Shown here: piece after piece, positions 36,399-45,994 of the stretch
How the letters are laid out: each line of letters starts with the position of its first letter
Numbering within the stretch: the stretch's first letter is position 1
NCBI GenBank assembly: GCA_018710845.1
Contig: DVJB01000065.1
Coordinates: 7,310 to 71,309, forward strand
Length of the DNA stretch: 64,000 bases
Reading direction: 5' to 3'
Source: Candidatus Onthomonas avicola
GTDB lineage: Bacteria > Bacillota > Clostridia > Oscillospirales > Oscillospiraceae
Position numbers and translations under genes: made by a program
Notes under the pieces: generated by a model
Seen by the model: only the letters and a program-made list of their open reading frames with translations
Databases searched by the model: none
What the model was told of the DNA's origin: nothing

Positions 36399-36833
36399 AT
36401 GTCGCCATCCCTGTTCTGGGTGATCGCCCTGTTTGTCTTCGCCGTGGCGGAGGCGGCCACCGTGGGGCTGGTCTCCATCTGGTTTGCCGTCGGCGCGCTG
36501 GCCGGGTTTGTGGTGAGCTTTTTCACCGGAAATCTGTGGATTCAGGCGGGCGTCTTTCTGCTGGTGTCTTTTTTGGCGCTGGTGGGGATCAAGCCGCTGG
36601 CCGACAAGTTTTTTACATCCCGCGGCCACCAGCCCACCAATGCCGACCGCGTGGTCGGCCAGGAGGCGGTGGTGATCGAGCCGATCTGCAACCTGGAAAA
36701 CCGCGGCCTGGTGCAGGTGATGGGCCAGGACTGGACCGCCCGTTCCCAGACCGGCGCGGACATCCCGGCGCATACCGTGGTCATCGTCGACCGCATTGAG
36801 GGCGTGAAACTGTTTGTCACGCCCAAAGACTGA
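36399..36833 (+). CDS. NfeD-like C-terminal domain protein
   Basis: N-terminal TM segments, TNADRVVG, GQDWTARS, EGVKLFV. Confidence 0.9.
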   Translation: MSPSLFWVIALFVFAVAEAATVGLVSIWFAVGALAGFVVSFFTGNLWIQAGVFLLVSFLALVGIKPLADKFFTSRGHQPTNADRVVGQEAVVIEPICNLENRGLVQVMGQDWTARSQTGADIPAHTVVIVDRIEGVKLFVTPKD

Positions 36834-36874
36834 CGGCGCACTGCCGCAGTGGAGAGGAAAGGAGCGAATTTCCC

Positions 36875-37804
36875 ATGCAATTCACCCCGGTCATTATTCT
36901 GGTCGTCATTGTCCTGCTCATTCTGGCGAAAAATGTCGTTGTCGTGCGCCAGTCGCGCGCGTACGTGATTGAGCGCCTCGGCGCGTTTCACAGCGTGTGG
37001 GGCGTGGGCATCCACTTTAAGATTCCGTTCATCGAGCGCGTGGCCAAGGCGGTCTCCCTCAAGGAGCAGATTGCCGACTTCCCGCCTCAGCCGGTGATCA
37101 CGAAGGACAACGTCACCATTCAGATCGACACGGTGCTCTACTTCCAGATCACCGACCCGAAGCTGTACACCTACGGCGTGGAGCACCCGATGCCCGCCAT
37201 TGAGAACCTGACCACCACCACGCTGCGCAATATCATCGGCGAGCTGGAGCTGGACCAGTCGCTCACCAGCCGCGACATCATCAACGCCAAGATGCGCTCC
37301 ATCCTCGACGAGGCGACTGACCCCTGGGGCATCAAGGTCAACCGCGTAGAGCTGAAGAATATCCTCCCGCCCAAGGAGATTCAGGACGCGATGGAGAAGC
37401 AGATGAAGGCCGAGCGCGAGCGCCGCGAGCAGATCCTGCAGGCCGAGGGCCAGAAGCAGAGCCAGATCCTCGTCGCCGAGGGCGAGCGGCAGTCGGTCAT
37501 CCTGCGCGCCGAGGCGGCCAAGGAGGCCAAGCTCCTCGAGGCGGAGGCGAACGCCCAGGCTGTGCTCAAGGTGCAGGAGGCCACCGCGCAGGCGATCCGG
37601 ATGCTCAACGAGGCGGCGCCGAGCGACGGCGTGATCAAGATCCGCGCCCTCGAGGCGTTTACCGCCGCCGCCAACGGCAAGGCGACCAAGATTATCATCC
37701 CCTCTGAGATTCAGTCCCTGGCCGGCCTGGCTGAGGGGCTGCGGACGGTGGTCGCCTCCGGCGAGCCGGAGGGCACGGCGGGACCCGTCAAGGGCGGCAA
37801 GTGA
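36875..37804 (+). CDS. SPFH/stomatin-like protein
   Basis: VIERLG, QPVITKDNV, TTLRNIIG, WGIKVNRVE, AMEKQMKAER. Confidence 0.95.
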   Translation: MQFTPVIILVVIVLLILAKNVVVVRQSRAYVIERLGAFHSVWGVGIHFKIPFIERVAKAVSLKEQIADFPPQPVITKDNVTIQIDTVLYFQITDPKLYTYGVEHPMPAIENLTTTTLRNIIGELELDQSLTSRDIINAKMRSILDEATDPWGIKVNRVELKNILPPKEIQDAMEKQMKAERERREQILQAEGQKQSQILVAEGERQSVILRAEAAKEAKLLEAEANAQAVLKVQEATAQAIRMLNEAAPSDGVIKIRALEAFTAAANGKATKIIIPSEIQSLAGLAEGLRTVVASGEPEGTAGPVKGGK

Positions 37805-38046
37805 ATTCCCATTCCGGACAGACAGGACAGCGGCTTCGGCGCGCGGGAGGCTTTCCCGCCTGCCGGGCCGCTGTCCGGCGCGTTGGGCCGTCGGTCCCGT
37901 CTTTTTAATGAAATTTTTAACCCTTTCAAAGACCTGTTTCAAGCCGGTCGGGTATACTGTCGGGGAAGAAACAGGGCGGCAGACCTGCCGCTGCGGGAAA
38001 TACCTGTATTTGCCCGGAAGAGCTGGGACCGGAAAGGAAGAAGAAT

Positions 38047-38646
38047 ATGGAACAGGAAAAGATCACCCTGGAACAGGTCGAGCGGCTGCGCTCGCTCGCC
38101 GATGTCTCCTATGCTGATGCCAAGGCGGCGCTGGAGGCCGCCGACGGCGAGCTGCTGGACGCGCTCATCTGGCTGGAGCAGGAGGGGAAGATTCCCGCGG
38201 CAGGCGTCTCCGGTTACTCCACCCGCACGCAGGAGGGGGCAGCCGGGCCTTCCGCCGCCTCCGGCCGGGTGGACGGCGCGTCGGCCGCCGCCCGCTCGGC
38301 GGAGCAAGAAGAGGCCCGCCGGCGGGAGTATGAGCAGCGCAAGGAGCAGGCCCGCACTGCCTGGCGCACAATCAGGCGCTGGCTGGTGGACAACCGCCTG
38401 GAGGCCTACCACCGCCCGAGCGGCCGGGAGCTGCAGATTCCGGTGTTGGTGGCGCTGGTGCTGCTCGTGCTGGCGTTCTGGCTGGTGCCTGTGCTGTTGA
38501 TCGCGGGCTATTTTCTCGGCTGGCGCTACCGCCTGGCCGGACCTGACCTCGGCCGGGAGGACGTCAACCAGGTGATGGACAACATCAACGACACCGCCGG
38601 CGACGTGGTCACCAGCGTGAAGAAGAATCTGTTTGAGAAGAAGTGA
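38047..38646 (+). CDS. Conserved hypothetical protein (UBA/EF-Ts-like N-domain, DUF4342-like TM C-domain)
   Basis: VERLRSLADVSYADAKAALE...LLDALIWLE; LQIPVLVALVLL. Confidence 0.75.
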   Translation: MEQEKITLEQVERLRSLADVSYADAKAALEAADGELLDALIWLEQEGKIPAAGVSGYSTRTQEGAAGPSAASGRVDGASAAARSAEQEEARRREYEQRKEQARTAWRTIRRWLVDNRLEAYHRPSGRELQIPVLVALVLLVLAFWLVPVLLIAGYFLGWRYRLAGPDLGREDVNQVMDNINDTAGDVVTSVKKNLFEKK

Positions 38647-38653
38647 GGACGTT

Positions 38654-39325
38654 ATGGCAAGGATTCTCATCGTCGAGGACGAGGAAAAGCTGGCCCGGAT
38701 GCTGGAGCTGGAGCTGACGTACGAGGGTTACGAGACGGAGAAGGCGCTCGACGGCCCGACCGGCCTGACGATGGCGCTCTCCGGGCGGTTTGACCTCGTG
38801 CTGCTGGATATCATGCTGCCGGGCCTCTCCGGGATGGAGGTGCTGCGCCGCCTGCGCCGGGAGGAGCAGAGCTATACCCCTGTCCTGCTGCTCACTGCGC
38901 GCGACGCAGTGACGGACAAGGTCTCCGGCCTGGACGCCGGGGCGGAGGACTATATCACCAAGCCCTTTGCGATTGAGGAGCTGCTCGCGCGCATCCGCGT
39001 GAGTCTGCGCAAGCGCTCCTCCGGAGGCCAGCCGCAGAGCACTCAGCTGACGGTGGGGGAGATCTGCCTGGACCCGGAGAGCCGCAGCGTCACCCTGCGC
39101 GGCGAGCCGGTCAGCCTGACCCGGCGGGAATTTGACCTGCTGCAGCACCTGATGGAGCACCCCAACCGCGTGCTCACCCGCGAACAGCTGCTCAGTCAGG
39201 TCTGGGGCTATGACTACGCCGGCGAGACCAACGCCGTGGACGTATATATCAGCTTTCTGCGCAACAAGCTCGGCGCCGGCGTGATTGACACCGTCCGGGG
39301 CGTGGGATACATCATGCGCCGCTGA
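38654..39325 (+). CDS. OmpR-family response regulator (ArlR/CiaR-like)
   Basis: ILIVEDE, LLDIMLPG, LLLTAR, DYITKPF, TVRGVGY. Confidence 0.95.
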   Translation: MARILIVEDEEKLARMLELELTYEGYETEKALDGPTGLTMALSGRFDLVLLDIMLPGLSGMEVLRRLRREEQSYTPVLLLTARDAVTDKVSGLDAGAEDYITKPFAIEELLARIRVSLRKRSSGGQPQSTQLTVGEICLDPESRSVTLRGEPVSLTRREFDLLQHLMEHPNRVLTREQLLSQVWGYDYAGETNAVDVYISFLRNKLGAGVIDTVRGVGYIMRR

Positions 39326-39341
39326 GACGGGAGGGCCGGGC

Positions 39342-40460
39342 ATGGCAAGTCGAAAAGCGATGCTGGACAGCATTGTCCGGCAGATCAGCACCAAGCTCTT
39401 TTTGCAGAATCTGGCCTGTTTTCTGCTGCTGGACATCGTCGTCTTTTTCCTCATGGGCTACAGCTCGTGGGCCTGGCGGGCGATGTGCACGGTGGAGTTT
39501 ATCATCCTGGCAATCTTTCTGAACCAGAACAGCAAGCTGATCCGCTCCATGCTCGCCCCGCTGGAGGCGATGGGGGAGACGGCGGACGTCCTGGGCCAGA
39601 GTGAGCTGCGCCCGGAGGACCTCGAGTGCCTGATCAGCCGTCTGGATAACATCAACGTCTCCCACCTCGGCAGCCGCGTCAACCTCCCGCAGAGCCGGGA
39701 GCTGGCGGGGCTGACGCGGGCGATCAACGCCATGCTCGAGCGCATCGACCAGGGCTATCAGGCGCAGGCGCGCTTTGTCTCCGACGCCTCGCACGAGCTG
39801 CGCACGCCCATCGCCGTCATTCAGGGCTACGCCAACCTTCTCAACCGCTGGGGCAAGGACAATCCCGCCGCCCGGCAGGAGGCGATCGACGCGATCGTGC
39901 AGGAGTCGGAATCCATGGCCCGGATGGTGGACCAGCTCCTCTTTCTCACCCGTGGGGATAACGACACCCAGACCGTACGGCTCGAGCAGGTGGACCTCAC
40001 TCTGCTGGCCGACGAGGTGGGACGGGAGACCGAGCTGCTCGGCACCGGTCGGACCGTCGTCACCCGGCTGGAACCGCTGGTGCTGGTCCAGGCGGACCCC
40101 GGCCTGGTGAAGCAGGCGCTGCGCGTGCTGGTGGACAACGCGGTGAAGTACACCGCCCCCGGCGACGAGATCCGCATCACCCTGCACGAGCGGGAGGGCT
40201 ATGCGCGCCTGGCTGTGAGCGACAGCGGCCAGGGCATTGCCCCGGCGGAGCTGGCGGCGGTCTTCCGCCGCTTCTACCGCACAGAGGAGTCGCGCAGCCG
40301 CCAAACCGGCGGCACCGGGCTGGGCCTCTCCATCGCCCAGTGGATCGCCCAGCGGCACCGCGGCTGGATCGAGGTGCTCAGCCGGCCGGGCGCGGGCAGC
40401 CGCTTTACGCTGGTGCTGCCGGTGGAGAAGAAACCGGAGCGGTCGCCGGAGGCGCCATAG
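39342..40460 (+). CDS. Sensor histidine kinase with very short extracellular loop
   Basis: FVSDASHELRTP H-box, LVDNAVKY, DSGQGI, GGTGLGLSIA; two closely spaced TM segments. Confidence 0.93.
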   Translation: MASRKAMLDSIVRQISTKLFLQNLACFLLLDIVVFFLMGYSSWAWRAMCTVEFIILAIFLNQNSKLIRSMLAPLEAMGETADVLGQSELRPEDLECLISRLDNINVSHLGSRVNLPQSRELAGLTRAINAMLERIDQGYQAQARFVSDASHELRTPIAVIQGYANLLNRWGKDNPAARQEAIDAIVQESESMARMVDQLLFLTRGDNDTQTVRLEQVDLTLLADEVGRETELLGTGRTVVTRLEPLVLVQADPGLVKQALRVLVDNAVKYTAPGDEIRITLHEREGYARLAVSDSGQGIAPAELAAVFRRFYRTEESRSRQTGGTGLGLSIAQWIAQRHRGWIEVLSRPGAGSRFTLVLPVEKKPERSPEAP

Positions 40461-40521
40461 CGGCTGTGCTCTAAACGAAATGGGAAAAGGGACGGCCGCG
40501 CCGTCCCGTCAGAAGGAAACG

Positions 40522-41148
40522 ATGACACACACAGACTGCCTGATCCGCCGGGAGACCCCGGCAGACTACCGCTGCGTGGAGGAACTGACCCGGGAGGCAT
40601 TTTGGAATGTCTACCGTCCGGGCTGCACGGAGCACTATATTCTGCATCAGTTCCGGACCCGACCGGAGTTTGTGCCTGAGCTGGATCTCGTGCTGGAGCG
40701 CCGCGGCCGGATTATCGGCCATATCATGTACACCCGGGCCCGAATTGACGCCGATGACGGCCGGGTCATTCCGGTCATGACCTTTGGGCCGGTCAGTATC
40801 GCACCGGACTGCCAGCGGCGCGGCTATGGAAAGTACCTGGTGGAGGAGTCCATGAGACGCGCCAGGGCACTGGGCGCCGGGGCGTTATGCATCGAGGGCA
40901 ATCCGGCCTTCTATGGCAGATCCGGCTTTGTGGCCGCTGGGACGCGGGGCATCGGCTGCCGCCAGCTCCCGCGGGGGGAGGAGGCGCCCTACTTCCTGCT
41001 CCGAGAGCTGGAGCCGGGCTTTTTGGACGGCGTGACCGGCCTGTATGACACGCCGGAGGGCTATGCCGTGGACGAGGCGGCGGCGGAGCGGTTTGACGCG
41101 CTCTTTCCGCCCAAGCGGAAGGAGCGCCGCCCCGGCCAGCTGGGATAG
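40522..41148 (+). CDS. GNAT-family acetyltransferase
   Basis: TREAFWNVYRPGCTEH, FGPVSIAPDCQRRGYG, EGNPAFYGRSGF. Confidence 0.9.
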   Translation: MTHTDCLIRRETPADYRCVEELTREAFWNVYRPGCTEHYILHQFRTRPEFVPELDLVLERRGRIIGHIMYTRARIDADDGRVIPVMTFGPVSIAPDCQRRGYGKYLVEESMRRARALGAGALCIEGNPAFYGRSGFVAAGTRGIGCRQLPRGEEAPYFLLRELEPGFLDGVTGLYDTPEGYAVDEAAAERFDALFPPKRKERRPGQLG

Positions 41149-41152
41149 TGCG

Positions 41153-41584
41153 CTATTTCCGCCGCACCACGTTGCCGGAGATGTCGCACAGCGTCCGCGC
41201 GGCCTCCGCCTCGTAGCGGTGGCTGCGGGCGAGGTCACCGAGGGAGAGCATCCCCACCACCTGGCCGTCCTCCACCACCGGGAGGCGGCGGACCTGGCAG
41301 CGGCTCATCCGCCGCAGCGCCTCCTCGCCGCGGTCGGCGGGGGAGAGGGTCTCCAGCTCCCGCGTCATAATATCCTGCACCGGCACGCGCGAGGCGTCCT
41401 CGCTCGCGGCGACGCAGCGGGTGATGATGTCCCGGTCGGTGACCACGCCGAGCAGCGTCCCGTCCTGCGCGCAGACGGGGAGCACGCCCAGGTTGTGCCG
41501 GGTGAGCAGCCGGGCCGCCAGCGCGGCGGACTCCTCCGGCGTGATGGAGACAACGTGCCGGCTCATCAGATCTTTCACTCTCAT
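41153..41584 (-). CDS. CBS-domain protein
   Basis: VKDLMS, GVLPV, GVVTDRDI, VRRLPV, GMLSLGDLA. Confidence 0.92.
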   Translation of the reverse strand: MRVKDLMSRHVVSITPEESAALAARLLTRHNLGVLPVCAQDGTLLGVVTDRDIITRCVAASEDASRVPVQDIMTRELETLSPADRGEEALRRMSRCQVRRLPVVEDGQVVGMLSLGDLARSHRYEAEAARTLCDISGNVVRRK

Positions 41585-41630
41585 TCCTATAACCTCCCGC
41601 ACTATGATTCCGCCCGGCGCACAGAGAGAG

Positions 41631-41690
41631 AACGCCGCCCGCGCATCCGGGAAATCCTGTCATCAGTATTCCCCGGGCGCGGGCGGCGTT
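41631..41690. terminator. Long hairpin adjacent to the MITE insertion site
   Basis: AACGCCGCCCGCGC...GCGCGGGCGGCGTT 14-bp perfect outer stem. Confidence 0.6.
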
Positions 41691-41699
41691 ATGCGTTTT

Positions 41700-41961
41700 G
41701 AGGCTGTCAAAAAATACTTTTTTGACAGCCTTTCGCGCAAATGCAAGCATTTGCGCGAGTTTGCAGTCCTCCCACGCGCACGGATTTTTGTTCCAAAAAT
41801 CCGTACACTCGTCGGACTATCAGTATTTTTGGCCCGGTCAAGGTGAATCGCCCCGCAGGGGCGAGAGAAGGCCCCCTGGGGGGTACATGCCCGTGCCAAA
41901 AATGAATTAAATTCCATTTGGCTCTTCGAGCCAAACTCGGTGAGACCTTTTCGACAGACTG
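41700..41961 (-). mobile_element. Structured MITE-like element, copy 2, with target-site duplication
   Basis: 8-bp direct repeat TGCGTTTT at 41692-41699 and 41962-41969; 14-bp imperfect TIRs GAGGCTGTCAAAAA / CAGTCTGTCGAAAA (11/14). Confidence 0.88.
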
Positions 41962-41974
41962 TGCGTTTTTCCGC

Positions 41975-43624
41975 TCAGCCGGCCAAATCGGCCTGATCCA
42001 TCAGCGTGATGGTGACGGTCAGCTCCTCCCACTGGCCGCTCTCCTCGTCCAGACGCTGGACGGTGAGGGTGATCTCATCGCCGATGGCGTGTGACTCCAG
42101 AATCGTGCGGACCTGAGAGACCTCGCTCACCGGCTCGCCGTCAACGTGGGTGATGCAGTCGTTCACGAGCAGGCCCCGCGCCCCGGCGTCAGACGCGCTG
42201 TCAATAGAGGCGACGATCAGGCCCGCCGGTCCCTCCGTACCGTCCGAGGTGATACAGGAGATGCCGAGCACCGGGCGGCTGACATAGCCGCGCTCGGCGA
42301 GGATGGGCAGAATCTCCTGCACAACCGAGGTGGGTACGGCAAAGCCCAATCCCTCCACCGTCACGTTGGTGGAGTTCATCTTCATATTCGTCACCCCCAC
42401 CACCTGGCCGTAGATGTTGATCAGCGGCCCGCCGGAGTTGCCCGAGTTGAGCGCGGCGGTAGTCTGAATCAGGGTCATCTGATAGCCGTTCACCGTCACA
42501 TCGCGGTTGATGGCGGAGATAATGCCGTTGGTGAGCGTTCCGCGCAGGGTGCTGCCGAGCGGGTCGCCGATGGCGAGGGCCTCGTCCCCCACCGTCAGCT
42601 CGTCCGACCGGCCAAACTCGGCGGGCGTCAAACCGGAAGCGTCAATTTTGAGCACGGCCAGGTCGGTCTGTGCGTCGCCGCCGACCAGCGTGGCCTCATA
42701 GACCTCGTCGTCCCAGGTGGTCACCTGGCAGGTATAGGTCTCCTCAATCACGTGGTTGCAGGTGAGGATGTACCCGTCCTCTGTGAGGACAATGCCGGTT
42801 CCGCTGCCCAGCCCCTCCGCGCCGTCGGTGCTGATGGACACGATAGAGGGCAGGCAGCGCTGGTAGATCTCCTGATAAGAGAGCGCCTCACGCCCGGCGG
42901 AGGACTGCAGCTCCAGCGAAAACGCGCCGGGCAGCTCCGCCTGGGGCAGGCTCTGCGTCTCGTCTGCCGCCTCCGCCTCAAAAATATCGTCTAAGGCGTT
43001 ATCCCAGCTCTCATCCGGCTCGGGCAGAACATCAATCCCCTCGTCCTCCTGGGCGGGGGCCTCTGCGATGGAGGCGGAGTCGCTCCCGGAGGCGAAGTTC
43101 ACCACGAGGACGGCGAGGACCACCAGACAGATCGCCAGCACGATGAAAAAGAGATTGCGGGACCGGTTGGACTGACGGTTGACGGCGCTGGCCGGCGCCG
43201 CGGCGGACGGGCGCTGATAGACATACCGCGCACCGCGCGGGTCCGCTCCCGCCCTAGGCTGTGTGGGGGCCTGAGCGCGGCTCGAGGATGTCCGGCCGCG
43301 TGCCTGCTGTGGTCCGGTCTGATCCCAGGCGGTGGGCCGACCTACCGTCTCCGGGTCGCCCCGCTCGCTGGTGGAGATGCGGCGCAGATTGGCCTGGTCC
43401 GCGGCGCGCTGTGCGCTGAGCTGGGCGCGCTGCGCCTTTTGGCGGCGGTGCCGCCGCTCTTGTACGGCGCGCGCCCGGCGCATCTCCTGACTGGAGAACT
43501 CGTATTGCTCTTCTGTGTCGGTGCTGTGGCGGGAAAACCACTCGCGCAGGTGACCGGTGGGGGAGAGCTCCCACGGCGGCCGCTCGGTGGGGGCCTGATA
43601 GCGGATGTCGTCGCTGTCGTACAT
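41975..43624 (-). CDS. htrA: HtrA-family serine protease with PDZ and long disordered N-terminus
   Basis: GSGTG, ILTCNHV, TDLAVLK, IQTTAALNSGNSGGPL, PDZ; single TM. Confidence 0.92.
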   Translation of the reverse strand: MYDSDDIRYQAPTERPPWELSPTGHLREWFSRHSTDTEEQYEFSSQEMRRARAVQERRHRRQKAQRAQLSAQRAADQANLRRISTSERGDPETVGRPTAWDQTGPQQARGRTSSSRAQAPTQPRAGADPRGARYVYQRPSAAAPASAVNRQSNRSRNLFFIVLAICLVVLAVLVVNFASGSDSASIAEAPAQEDEGIDVLPEPDESWDNALDDIFEAEAADETQSLPQAELPGAFSLELQSSAGREALSYQEIYQRCLPSIVSISTDGAEGLGSGTGIVLTEDGYILTCNHVIEETYTCQVTTWDDEVYEATLVGGDAQTDLAVLKIDASGLTPAEFGRSDELTVGDEALAIGDPLGSTLRGTLTNGIISAINRDVTVNGYQMTLIQTTAALNSGNSGGPLINIYGQVVGVTNMKMNSTNVTVEGLGFAVPTSVVQEILPILAERGYVSRPVLGISCITSDGTEGPAGLIVASIDSASDAGARGLLVNDCITHVDGEPVSEVSQVRTILESHAIGDEITLTVQRLDEESGQWEELTVTITLMDQADLAG

Positions 43625-43659
43625 ATGCCTTCCCTCGCTTCTCTCTCGTCTCGGGGTGC

Positions 43660-45090
43660 TCAGCAGGAGAGGGTCAGAGTAAAGACGAACTCGGTCACGC
43701 CGTCTTCGCTGTGCACGGTGATGGTCTCTTTCAGGTTGTTGAGGATGGTCTTGACCAGATACAGCCCGAGGCCCACCCCCTCCTTGTCCAGACTGCGCGA
43801 GCGGTCGGACTTGTGCAGGCGGTCAAAGATAAAGGGGAGCTCCTCGGCGGGGATGGTCTCGCCGGTGTCGCGCACGGAGACAAACGCCTTGCCCGCGCGC
43901 GGCGTGATGGCCACGCCAATCACCGTGCCGGGCGTGGAAAACTTGATGGCATTGTCCAGCAGGTTATAGCATACCTGCGTCACCGCGTCCGGGTCGCCCC
44001 AGACCATGGTGGCGCTGTCCGGGATGCGGGCGTCCACGTCCAGGCCGCGGCTGTTGATCTTGCCCTCCAGGCTGATGAGCACCTGGGCCATCACCTCATT
44101 GATGTCAAATTCCGTCTGGCTGAGCACCAGCTCACCGGACTGGAGCTTGGACATGTCCAGCATCCGGCGTACCAGACGGGCCAGCCGCCGCGTCTCGTCC
44201 GAGATGGTCTGCAAATACTCCCGCTCCCGCTCCGGGGGGATGGTGCCGTCCAGGATACCGTCGGCAAAGCCGGCGATGGTGGTCATCGGGGTCTTGAGCT
44301 CGTGAGAGATGTTGGCCACAAACTCGCTGCGCCGCTGTTCGGAGCTCGCGATGGACTCGGCCATGGCGTTAAAGGCCCGCGCCAGCTCACCCACCTCATC
44401 GTTTCGCTTGCAGTCGTTCACCCGCAGGTCATACTCGCCCATGCCGAAGCGCCGGACGATGTCCGTCATGTCCTTGAGCGGCTTGGTCTGCTGGAGGGAG
44501 AAGAGGGAGGAGGAGATAAACGCCACGCAGAGCACCACCACCGCGGTAAAGAAGAAGATGGTGGCAAACACCCGCCACATCTCCGTCAGATTCTCTGCCG
44601 AGGAGGAGACAAATGCGTAGCCATAGAGGTAGACCGTCCCGCCGATGGTGATCGAGATGGGCACACCGGAGACAAAGCGGCGGCCGGAGTAGATGTTCAG
44701 GTCGCTCATCCCGGTGTAAAAGCCGGAAGAAGACATCTGCTCCAGGACGGATGCGGGGATGGCCCGGCCCTTCCAGTCCCAGTTCACCTCGCCCTCGTCG
44801 CAGGCAAACAGGATGACTCCGTCCGCCTGGCAGAGCAGCACGTCTGAGTCAATCAGGCGGGCGGCTGCGGCGAGATAGTTCTCGAAGTTTTCATTTTCAA
44901 TCAACAGATTGCGGTACATCAGCTGCCCAGCCAGGGCACCGACGTAACTGGCCTTTTCATCCAGGTTTTCGCGCTGCTGGCGGACGGAGTACTGGTAGCT
45001 CAGCGAGACGAAGGCGACGGCGAGCAGGGCAAATGACAGGAGAATCATTCCGGCTGTGAGCATAAAGTGACGCTTAAAGAGAGTATTCAT
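43660..45090 (-). CDS. HAMP sensor histidine kinase
   Basis: DEVGELARAFN, ISHELKTPMT, NLLDNAIKF, GVGLGLY. Confidence 0.95.
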   Translation of the reverse strand: MNTLFKRHFMLTAGMILLSFALLAVAFVSLSYQYSVRQQRENLDEKASYVGALAGQLMYRNLLIENENFENYLAAAARLIDSDVLLCQADGVILFACDEGEVNWDWKGRAIPASVLEQMSSSGFYTGMSDLNIYSGRRFVSGVPISITIGGTVYLYGYAFVSSSAENLTEMWRVFATIFFFTAVVVLCVAFISSSLFSLQQTKPLKDMTDIVRRFGMGEYDLRVNDCKRNDEVGELARAFNAMAESIASSEQRRSEFVANISHELKTPMTTIAGFADGILDGTIPPEREREYLQTISDETRRLARLVRRMLDMSKLQSGELVLSQTEFDINEVMAQVLISLEGKINSRGLDVDARIPDSATMVWGDPDAVTQVCYNLLDNAIKFSTPGTVIGVAITPRAGKAFVSVRDTGETIPAEELPFIFDRLHKSDRSRSLDKEGVGLGLYLVKTILNNLKETITVHSEDGVTEFVFTLTLSC

Positions 45091-45125
45091 GCCAGGTCTC
45101 CTTTCCGCCGCCCGTCGAGCGGCCA

Positions 45126-45809
45126 TCAGGTGAGCAGCTCAAACTTATAGCCGACGCCCCACACCGTCTTGAGGCTCCACTGGTCGCTCACGCCCTCCAG
45201 CTTCTCGCGCAGGCGCTTGATATGCACGTCCACCGTCCGGCTGTCTCCGAAATAGTCAAAGCCCCACACCTCGTCGAGCAGCTGATTGCGCGTAAACACC
45301 CGGTTGGGCGAGGAGGCGAGGTGGAAGAGCAGCTCCATCTCCTTGGGCGGCGTGTCCACCCGCTTGCCGTCCACCAGCAGCTCATAGGACTCCATATTAA
45401 TCACCAGCTTGTCAAAGGTGAGCTTTTTCGGGTTCTCCTCCTCGCTGTGGCCGTAGCGGCGCAGCACCGCGTGGATGCGCGCCAGTACCTCCTTCATCTC
45501 AAAGGGCTTGACGATGTAGTCGTCCGCGCCCATCTCCAGGCCGGACACCTTGTCCGTCGTCTCGCCCTTGGCGGTGAGCATAATAATGGGCGTCTGATCG
45601 GTCTCGCGAATCTTCTTACACACGCCCCAGCCGTCAATGACCGGCAGCATGATGTCCAGCAGCACCAGGTCGGGATGATAGCTGCGGAAGAGCTCCACGC
45701 CCTTGCCGCCGTCCGGCGCCGTCTTGGTCTCAAATCCCTCTTTCTCCAGGTAGAGCTGGAGCAGCTGGGCGATATTGCTGTCGTCTTCTACAATCAGTAC
45801 CTTGGTCAT
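45126..45809 (-). CDS. OmpR-family response regulator
   Basis: VLIVEDD, LDIMLP, LTAK, DDYIVKPF, TVWGVGYKF. Confidence 0.96.
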   Translation of the reverse strand: MTKVLIVEDDSNIAQLLQLYLEKEGFETKTAPDGGKGVELFRSYHPDLVLLDIMLPVIDGWGVCKKIRETDQTPIIMLTAKGETTDKVSGLEMGADDYIVKPFEMKEVLARIHAVLRRYGHSEEENPKKLTFDKLVINMESYELLVDGKRVDTPPKEMELLFHLASSPNRVFTRNQLLDEVWGFDYFGDSRTVDVHIKRLREKLEGVSDQWSLKTVWGVGYKFELLT

Positions 45810-45951
45810 AGCGTTCTTCCCCCTTGCGGTGCGGTGGACGGATATTCAGATGTCCGCGGCTCATGCGACAGTACCATTATACCATAGCGGCGGACGCATT
45901 GCACCAAAAACCGCGCGTTCCGGTGCGGCCGAAACCACCCAGTTTACCCAT

Positions 45952-45993
45952 ATTATACCGCACAATGTCCCGTTTGGGTGAATATTTTGTGAA
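45952..45993 (-). promoter_or_regulatory. Promoter with OmpR-type direct repeat (TTCAC-N6-TTCAC) at about -35 and TATAAT -10
   Basis: GTGAA at 45978 and 45989 (11-bp period); ATTATA at 45952-45957. Confidence 0.55.
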
Positions 45994-45994
45994 G

